DNA of 64,000 nucleotides, from contig OX597828.1 in the NCBI GenBank assembly GCA_951406725.2, positions 23,746,001 through 23,810,000 of the forward strand. Reading direction: 5' to 3'. This document shows, in pieces, positions 54,630 through 64,000 of this stretch. A model generated the notes under the pieces. It made no database searches, was not told the origin of the DNA, and worked only from the letters and a program-made list of their open reading frames with translations. Position 1 is the first letter of the stretch. Each line of letters starts with the position of its first letter. Made by a program: the position numbers and the translations under genes. This DNA is from Octopus vulgaris (taxonomy: Eukaryota).

Positions 54630-55148
54630 TTCTTTTATATGTCTCCCCGTAAGGCTATGGCCATGCTGGGGCACTGCCACTGCAATCACCTTTTAATATG
54701 TCAATTCTATGATTGGCTTTTGGTGAAGGAGGGCGTTTGAGACTGCTACCCTCTTTTGAGTTTCCTGCCTTGATATTTGTTTGTCTGGGATCTTGGATAG
54801 TAAGAGATCATGTTGTTTCTTGAAAATATCTACGCACACTCCATGGAGATCCCTCAGATATTTTGGCAAGGCGTTAAACAGCTGTGGGCTCTTTAATCCG
54901 ACATGTTTCCCACCTTAGATGGGAGAGTTGGGATTTTGGAACAGAGCAGTGATGTCCAATTCGAGGTCTGCTATAACTCTCAATTCCAAAGTCCAGTGTC
55001 CGGCTCTCCAGTATCTTCCACACATATATCACTGCACATCTCTACCGTCTTCACTCCAGGAAGTAGAGTCGTGGCTCATTCAGGGATTCTAGGATTGCCG
55101 CTCCTTCTGATCCAAAGTATCGTTGTTGTGACTTCTGAGCACCAAGCA
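54630..55148 (-). mobile_element. Degenerate CR1-like LINE 3' end (same family as 19400)
   Basis: RLYFLE*RR*RCAVIYVWKILE...SPQLFNALPKYLRDLHGVCVDIFKKQHDLLLSKIPD...SNALLHQ, then tail GGCAGTGCCCCAGCATGGCCATAGCC. Confidence 0.8.
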
Positions 55149-56988
55149 TAGAACCACTGTCTCACCCATTGGGCCATTGATTGATGATAACGGCATTCTC
55201 CAACACGATGCTAAAGAAATGGCAGAAATACTGCAGAAACAATACTGCTCTGTCTTTAGTGTTCCCACTGATATCGACATAAGGGAAGCGAACGAAGTTG
55301 ACTCCCAACATAAAATCTCAGACATAACCTTCACTGCCACTGACATCATAGCAGCAATAAATGAGGTCAAATACTACTCTGCTGTAGGCCCTAATAGATT
55401 CCCCGCTAGTCTCCTGAAGGAAGGTAGACACCAGCTTGCAGTCCCTCTGAACAACATCTGGAGAAATTCGTTAGACGCAGGTTATATACCGAAACAGTTT
55501 CTATCCCAGTCAGTCATCCCGGTTTTCAAACAGGGAAACAGATCCCTCGCACTCAACTATCGCCCAATCTCACTCACCTCCCACACCATTAAAGTGTTTG
55601 AAAGAGTGTTAAGATCAAGGATATCTGACTTCCTGGAGACTCACAAACTCCTAAATGCAAATCAGCATGGCTTTCGCTGTGGCAGGGACTGTCTAACACA
55701 GCTCTTACACCACATTGAAGATGTACTCAAAGCCTTGGGAACAGGTTCGAACTCTAATGTCATATATCTTGACTTCAGTAAAGCGTTCGACAGGGTAGAC
55801 CATAATATCCTACTCTCAAAATTGGCAAATGTTGGAATCCAAGGAAAAGTTCTACACTGGATTAAGTATTTCCTGGCGAATAGAACACAACATGTTGTAG
55901 TTGATGGAGTCCACTCAAGCCCAGCAAAAGTCACCAGCGGTGTCCCCCAGGGGACTGTCTTGGGTTCGCTACTCTTCATAATTTACATAAACGATCTTTC
56001 CAGTGTCGTACATTACTGCAAAGTGAAAATATTTGCTGATGACACTAAGCTCCAGCATATCGTCAATGATGAAGCAGACCGAACTCAACTCCAGTCTGAT
56101 CTATATGCTGTGAGTCAATGGGCAGACAGAAACAAAATGCAACTGAACGAGGGAAAATTTGAGCTGATGCATTTTGGAAGAAATTCCTCACTAAAACAGC
56201 CATACTCTCTTCCTTCAGGGGAACCGCTCACAACCTCTAACAATATCAGAGACCTGGGTGTAATTGTAGATGACGATCTCAGTTGGAGTGCACACATCAA
56301 CAAGAAGGTCGATATAGCTCGTAGGATAAGTTCCTGGATCTTAAGAACTTTCCGGTCCAGAGAACAAGGTGTCATCATACCACTTTTCTCCTCCTTTGTA
56401 CGGCCACACCTCGAATACTGCTGCCCACTGTGGTCTCCCCATACAAGACAAAACATCTCGAGGATTGAATCACCCCGATTATTTGGATCGCCTTAAAGCC
56501 TTGAAACTCTACTCTCTCCAGCGTCGCCGTGAGCGGTACATCATTTGTACGATGTGGAGAATATACCGCCAACTTTGCCCAAACAACCTGAACATAAGCA
56601 GCTTCAATGTTCATCCAAGACTGGGACCTCGGGCCATACGTCCCCTGCCCAATTCAAGATCACAGCATACATGTACACTGCAACATAATTTCTTTTCCTC
56701 AACAGGCCCTGCCCTATTTAACATTGTCCCGAAAGAGATCAAAGAGGAAAAGGATCCCATCAACTTTAAACGGAGTCTGGATAGATTCCTTCAAAGAATA
56801 TCAGATAAGCCACCCATTATTGGATACAACTCACCCAACAAAAACTCACTACTTGAATGGACCATAAACAAAACTTGACTTCAACAGGATTCAAATAATC
56901 CTATCAGTATCAGGTAGTGCTATTAAGTTAGACATGGCCTGGACCAATCTTTGGTCGAAATATATCTAAGTTTATCTAAGTTTATCTA

Positions 56989-56993
<5 letters not shown>
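55149..56993 (+). mobile_element. 5'-truncated CR1-like LINE
   Basis: RT ORF, short 3' UTR and a (TTTATCTAAG)x3 tail at 56961-56993 running into (TA)n. Confidence 0.9.
55177..56878 (+). pseudogene. Non-LTR reverse transcriptase (ORF2 C-terminal part) with a frameshifting deletion near 56475
   Basis: Motifs NYRPISLTS, QHGFR, YLDFSKAFDRVDH, GVPQGTVLG, IFADDTK, RPHLEYC; continues in another frame as LKALKLYSLQRRRERY...LFNIVP to the stop at 56878. Confidence 0.92.
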
Positions 56994-57049
<56 letters not shown>

Positions 57050-57218
57050 CTTACGAAACACATCGAACGCATAGAGGTGCTCAAGACGAGCCTGGGACGT
57101 TGGTCAAGTATAATTATTGAAATGGAAAAAGTTCAAGTCAGGTAAACCACAATGAACACATATGTATATGTATTTAATTAAAATAATAATGGTCCAAAAT
57201 AAAACATATATTGATATA

Positions 57219-57264
<46 letters not shown>

Positions 57265-57282
57265 TAAAAAATATGATTACAA

Positions 57283-57315
<33 letters not shown>

Positions 57316-57650
57316 TATATGAACATATAAATATATGAGAATATATAAGCATAGTAATAATATAATTAATTATAGGAATAAAGATAAAAACGTTTTTTTT
57401 AAAAAAAAAGAATTGAAAATATAGTGAATATATGCACGTACAAATATATGCATATACAGACATACACACACACATATATATGTTAGTTTATGAGTGTGTG
57501 TTTACATATATGTGTTTACATATATGAATCAAGACTGCAAGGTCATATGTCAAATACAAGTTATTCAATTGTAGTTCCTCAAGTTCATGTGTATTACGAG
57601 CTGTGGACGCTATGTATACATCAAGTTATGTATGGTGGGATTGTTATATA

Positions 57651-58043
57651 TCTTTACTCTTTTACTTGTTTCAGTCATTTGACTGCGGCCATGCTGGAGC
57701 ACCACCTTTAGTCGAGCAAATCGACCCCGGGACTTATTCTTTGTAAGCCCAGTACTTATTCCATCGGTCTCTTTTGCCGAACCGCTAAGTGACGGGGACG
57801 TTAACACACCAGCATCGGTTGTCAAGCACTGCTAAGGGGACAAACACACACACATACATATATAGATATATACATATATACGACAGTCTTCTTTCAGTTT
57901 CCGTCTACCAAATCCACTCACAAGGCATTGGTCGGCCCGGGGCTATAGCAGAAGACACTTGCCCAAGATGCCACGCAGTGGGACTGAACCCGGAACCATG
58001 TGGTTGGTTAGCAAGCTACGTACCACACAGCCACTCCTGCGCC
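57651..58043 (-). mobile_element. SINE family A, near full length
   Basis: Nearly identical to the 9567 copy. Confidence 0.9.
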
Positions 58044-58046
58044 TAT

Positions 58047-58425
58047 GTGAATGTGTGTTTAGCTGCGTGTAGGCATCTGGGCAATTGTTCAATGAGTTTA
58101 TTTATAATGCGGTCCTTTATTAACTTTATCGAAAGTGACTTCTCGGAGCATAACTGGCATTTCCAGTATATAGTGTTGTAAGGACTCGCGTGTCTAAGTA
58201 TGGACCATGTAAGGTCGTATTTTGTCTTCGCTTCCTTAAGCCTCTAGTTAAAATCGGCTGGTGGTGTTAGATGTCGTTTAAGGATATTTTGAAAACTGGT
58301 GATGTGGCTGCGGTATTGTTTTTGAAAAAGATTGGCAGATGCTCCGATATATACGTAGGGGTCTCCTCTAATGTCCTAAGTACACTTTGTATACCACGTT
58401 TTTAGTCATACATTGGTTATAGATA
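58047..58425 (-). pseudogene. Penelope-like element GIY-YIG endonuclease remnant (second PLE family)
   Basis: NQCMTKNVVYKV.../YVYIGASANLFQKQYRSHITSF...LKEAKTKYDLTWSILRHASPYN...KCQLCSEKSLSI...IINKLIEQLPRCLHAAKHTF. Confidence 0.8.
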
Positions 58426-59322
58426 CATATGTGCATGTACGTAATTATGTATATATGTATGTATGAATACATGTATCTATGCCTCGGTGCAGGGCTGATA
58501 ATGAAATAGAAGTCAATAGGAGTACACATCCACATCATCAACAATGTCTTCTTAAACAAATACAAAAAGAAAATGGGAATAAAGAAAATATTCGATAACA
58601 GCAGCCGTAGCAACAACTACAACAACAACACGGGTGACGACGATGAGGAAAAGGAAAAGAATATCTGCAAATATGACCAATTAGAATAGCTAAATAAAGC
58701 TGAGTAAGGAAACAACGAAAGATTTCCTGGAAACAACCTCCAGGGAAAAATATAGACGACATTTTAAAATCGCTTTCGATTTTATAAGATGTTTTCCAGA
58801 AACATTAATGTCTGATGCTAAACTTAGATATTGGTAACAATATGGAATATATGTCAGCTTCATCCAATTGTTTTCATTTTATATTTTATAAATTTTAATC
58901 TTTCGATATTGAGCTATTAATTCCCCAATAAATATCTTTATAAATACATTCAAATATACAAACACACGTACACTTACACACGCGCAAGCACATACACACA
59001 CACACACACACACTCACAGGTACACACACACACACACGCTGCGTATCTATGCGTGTGTTTGAGTGTGTGCATGTGTGATTGTGCGTAAATTATTTTAGAT
59101 TTTGGGGTAATTTTTGTTTGTTTTGCTTTCGTTGTTTCAAATCTTTTACGCTAAGCTTTGTATGTATTGTTACACATTCTATAATTATAATACATCAGAA
59201 ATATCAGAGAGTAAAACGACCATATATACGCGTCTATTTTTGCAGAGATTAATGTATACATACCCTCCTACTCCACCCCTTACACACACACACATATATA
59301 TATATATAAATATATATATATA

Positions 59323-59388
<66 letters not shown>

Positions 59389-59568
59389 TATATATATATA
59401 TATACTGTTATGCATCAGATTAGCCATGCCGAGAGGAAAAATTGAAATAGTTCTCACTGTTTTACAAACACATGCATGCACACACAAACACACATACACA
59501 CACACACACATGCACACACATACATACACGTAGTTATTTATGCACGTTCGTTAAATGTATGTATGTGT

Positions 59569-59615
<47 letters not shown>

Positions 59616-60167
59616 TATACTTATAGATCTATAGTTCTTATGGTGCTATGAGCATACCAATTCACATTAGCAAACAAAGGGGCACACACACACATACACA
59701 CACACATTCACATATAAATGACATTATCGGAATCTCCAACACAGTATGCGTAGAACAAACCACTCTAAATGCTAGCTATAGAATTCATGGGAATGTTAGT
59801 TAGGACTGGCTAGCATATAATAAAAATATATGGAATGTATTTGATATGGGTGTTTCAGTTAAATGCGTGATAGAGAAAAAGGGAAGTTTATCTCATACGG
59901 GATATCTTCCTCAGTTAAAGGATATCAATCTAAGAGAAAATGGATGGAATTATTTATACATCCATTGTAAGGCTAGTGTATGTTGCCTGCATGATGAGGA
60001 GAGCACGTGGCTATGAGATGTGCGTAAATATTGGCAGGAAAATGAAAGAGAGGAGCAAACGGAAATGAAAAACAAGGGTGGGGAAAAGAGTGAAAAACAG
60101 TAGGAAACGAAATTTGATGCGTACATATGAAGGTAGAGGAGTGATGAGGGAAATGGCTGAAAATTCT

Positions 60168-60335
60168 TAGGCACAGCAGCTGCTCTTTGGTAAGTAGCTT
60201 GTTTAGCAACCTCATGGCTCCGCGTTCAGTCTGACTGTAATGTACTTTGAGCAAGTGTCTTCTACTATAGCCTCGAGCCGAACAAGGCCTTGTGAGTGGA
60301 TTTGGTAGAGAGAAACTGAAACAATTCCGTCGTAT
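60168..60335 (+). mobile_element. SINE family A 5' half, diverged
   Basis: GGTAAGTAGCTTG...GAGCAAGTGTCTTCTACTATAGCCTCGAGCCG...GTGAGTGGATTTGGTAG. Confidence 0.75.
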
Positions 60336-60644
60336 ATATATATATATATATATATATGTGCGTGTGTGTGTATGTGTATGTGTGAGTGTGTGTGTGTTGT
60401 GTGTGTATGTATTTCATAAATGTTGTATGCATACACAAATAGGTGTATGGATATTTAAATGAGTGCTTGTGAGCCTGAACACGTATAGTAGATATAAATG
60501 TCCGAAATGAAACACTTGGTCTGAATATTTTGATGGTCGTAAATGAATGGTTTATCGTGCCAATATATTCGTATATGTAATAAACAAATATACACCTGTA
60601 TCAGTATCTTCTGGAAATAAATCAGCCTTCATATTCAATCATAG

Positions 60645-60713
<69 letters not shown>

Positions 60714-61256
60714 ATGTGCATATATATGTTTGTTGATAAGAAATATTTATATATATACGAGTGAGTTGACAAGCGAAGGAAGGGCACTCAACCAATTTAT
60801 TGGGAATTACATGTATGGATCAGAACAGTTTATTTCAAATTCGCTGGAACTCTTAAGTTACAAGTGTGATGCTAGTTGTCAAACATTTTGAATGTATATA
60901 TATATACATACATATAAATAGTAAGGGTGGCTTGTTAGCAATGTTTTAATCGAAATGCGACAATTGTATACGTCGCGAGTGAGGGTACTATTCAACACAA
61001 TCATTTTTAGGATTATGGGTCAAAACAAATCATAGCCGCAATAAGCACCATCTTACTGACTAACAAGGGAGGCAAGCACCCTTAGCACTGGGCATAGCTA
61101 GATCACCAGTGATTTCATATTTATATTACTCTAAAATGAATTATTTTTGTTCATTGTTCGCTGTGGAACGGTTGCCATTCTACAATGGATATCAAATGCT
61201 GAATTAAATGCGTTCATCTCATACCTTCTGACTTTCATTCTTTCTTTCTTTCTTTC

Positions 61257-61289
<33 letters not shown>

Positions 61290-61291
<2 letters not shown>

Positions 61292-61790
61292 ATGTTCACA
61301 GAACACCACAGTACAGCAAAGAATGAATAAAGAAGCAACTTACATCAATAAATATATTCCAAAACTCAATATGAACACAAAACATAATACAGAACCTTAC
61401 TAACCTTTCAATTAATACCACTAACCCTCATACATCCTATACACCATTCACATCACAGTACTATATCTACCCTAATTGCACTAAATACAGAACTATTTAC
61501 CTCCCTTACACATAATCGTTTTACAGAGGGACTAGTAGACCCAACACTGCTAAGTAATCGGTGCTCATTCAAAGTCATTGAACAATAATTTTACGAAACC
61601 GGTATGCCTTTGAATCTCTTTAACAATTCCCAATAATGACTTTTATTACGCTTATTCCTCCCTCAGTTCATGTAATTGTATATATCTATCGTTACTTTTC
61701 ATAAAAAAACTATTACATATTTTTGATTTCCTATGTGTATTTTCCCATTTTTCTTCTTACTTTTACCTTGAATTTCCACGTGTAGTTTCT
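61290..61790 (+). mobile_element. PLE 3' end: endonuclease C-terminus plus 3' region with a degenerate hammerhead (61567-61615)
   Basis: QCSQNTTVQQRMNKEATYINKYIPKLN; then ATTCAAAGTCA-TTGAACA-ATAATTTTAC-GAAA-CCGG-TA/TGCCTTTGAAT (stem I 10 of 11, core mutated). Confidence 0.7.
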
Positions 61791-61829
61791 ATTTTGTTTT
61801 AACATATTGTCAATATTGTCATTATATAT

Positions 61830-62653
61830 ATCACTCTGATCACTTTGACCGACCAGTCCGTCAGGCGTCCATGTGACACCGCTGGTCACAGCACGCTGCC
61901 CACTCCTCCCTGGATCGCGCCTTTCTCATCCACGTGATCCCAATCGTCCTCTTGAAATGGTCATTCCACCGTCGTGGAGGTCTTCCGGGTGGTCTTTTCC
62001 GCTCACGCGGGTACCACTCGACAACTGCGTGCGTCCACCGATCATCGGTGAGCCGGGCGACGTGTCCAGCCCATCTATACTTGCTGCGAGTATACTCTGC
62101 GATGACATCTCTCACGCCGGACTTCTTTCTGATGATCTTGCTATTTATGTGCTCTCTCAACGAGATACCAAGCATTGACCTTTCCATGGCTCTTTGAGCC
62201 GTTATCAGTCTTTGCTCTTCTCTCTTTGGGGTAGCTCATGTTTCACTACCATATAACATTGCAGGCAGAACTGCACTGTTAATGAGGTTGGCTCGGGTGG
62301 TCCTGTCCAACCTTCCCTTGAGCACATCCCTTATGCCATTGAATGCCTTCCATCCGGCCCTTACTCACCGTGAGATCTCCTTTTTGATATCCCGGCACAT
62401 ATTTACTTCCTGTCCCAGGTAGACATATTCTCTCACCTCCTCTAGTTCATCACTGCCGATCACCATTCGACCTGTTAGTACGTTGTCTGACCGCATGAAC
62501 TTTGTTTTCATGCGGTTCATCTTGAGACCTACTGCAGAACTTTTGATGTCGAGCTCCGTCAGCATGGTCTGAAGCTGATCCATATTTTCAGCGATGAGTA
62601 CGATGTCGTCAGCGAAACGGAGGTGAGTGAGGAGCTCGCCATTGATGTTGACA

Positions 62654-62656
<3 letters not shown>
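61830..62656 (-). pseudogene. 5'-truncated RTE-clade LINE (RT C-terminal half)
   Basis: GVNINGELLTHLRFADDIVLIAE...GLKMNRMKTKFM...YVYLGQ...LPAMLYGSET*...RWAGHVARLTDDRWT...RPPGRPPRRW; two in-frame stops; tail AAAGTGATCAGAGTGAT. Confidence 0.92.
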
Positions 62657-62747
<91 letters not shown>

Positions 62748-62750
<3 letters not shown>

Positions 62751-62910
62751 TTCCAAATGCGAGAGAATCAAGAAATAAACACACATGAAAGTAACAAGGA
62801 AGAACAAACAGTGTATTAGATTCACGCTTAGGCAAAATAGAAGTCTTTGACGTTTCGTACCTACGCTCTTCAAGAGAATGGAATAAGGAGAGATATATAG
62901 TTAAGTCTGA
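62748..62910 (-). mobile_element. Short PLE-derived element with a decayed hammerhead at 62845-62880
   Basis: Minus strand CTCTTGA-A-GAGC GTAG GTAC-GAAA-CG-TC-AAAG. Confidence 0.5.
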
Positions 62911-63338
62911 AAGTATGTATGTATGTATGTATATATGCATGTATGTATGTGTGCCTATGCATGCATGAATGTGTGTACAAAGAGAAATAGAGACATGGTA
63001 AGTCAGACGTAGTTGTTCGATTAATATATCTTATGCAAATGTGTACAACTTATCTATGTATTGACGAGTGCATGTTTATTTCACGGTACACGTGCTGACA
63101 CACATACTGGTTCAACTACATTAAGTTATGTGTGCGTATGCCTTGCGTGTACATATATGTGTATCTGTGTGTATTTGTGTGTGTGTGTGTATTCATATTT
63201 GTAAGCCAGAATAATATCTGCGTGTCAATATTTAATTTGAAAAGAAACATTCGAAGCAAATATAGGTTATTGCTTGCCTGCAGCTTCTTCTCCTTTCCCT
63301 ATGATGTATAGAATTATTGAGAAGCCGTTTCGACAGAC

Positions 63339-63601
<263 letters not shown>

Positions 63602-64000
63602 TGTGCGCGTGTGTGTGAGTTGTTGAGTATGATGTTAAGAGTGATGTGACGCGTAGAGAGATATAAATTGGTAGATACGTAGATAAATTGATTGTTATGG
63701 ATATATACTGACACACTAACAACCATATATACAATATATATATATATGTCTATATTAGAGTATTGTATAAGTGTTTCCTTCATAATATACATTGTTCGTT
63801 GGCTGTCTGATACATTCAACTTTATATGTTCTTGATTGTTTGTGGAAGTGAATTTGGTGTTCTTGTTTGCGTCTCTATTTAAAATTGTTTTTTTCTATTT
63901 AAAAATTGTAGAATTGCCTCCAAGAACAAAATAGAAAACGTCTGCATTTAAACCACTTTTATACCTAATATCATTGAGAACTAGAACATCACCACCAAGA

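Noticed and set aside
55662-56614. Minus-strand ORFs over the LINE RT (also plus-strand ORFs at 61873-62197)
   Set aside because: Antisense shadows of retrotransposon coding sequence.

Overview
This is eukaryotic, very AT-rich, microsatellite-saturated genomic DNA. The repeat landscape suggests a coleoid cephalopod, probably Octopus (inference; no search was run). Nearly all ORFs in the supplied track are artefacts of (TA)n, (CA)n, (TATG)n and trinucleotide repeats. The only host coding sequence I can support is a 108-bp Gly-X-Y collagen exon at 501-608 (+). It lies in a frame the ORF track missed, so the rest of the window is probably one very large intron. That region holds three tRNA-derived SINE families, CR1-like, RTE and R4/Dong-like LINE fragments, several Penelope-like element (PLE) GIY-YIG endonuclease remnants, an internally deleted Tc1 transposon and a Tigger-like MITE. 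The most interesting signal is about 14 type I hammerhead-ribozyme (HHR) motifs or remnants from several sequence families. Two sit in ~350-nt repeat units resembling retrozyme monomers (39729-40610 tandem; 41207-42073 circularly permuted and inverted). Two more lie back-to-back in a near-perfect 175-bp palindrome (28966-29140). Non-canonical cores (CCGANGA, CUGUNGA) recur. All structures were folded by eye, and none has been tested for activity.
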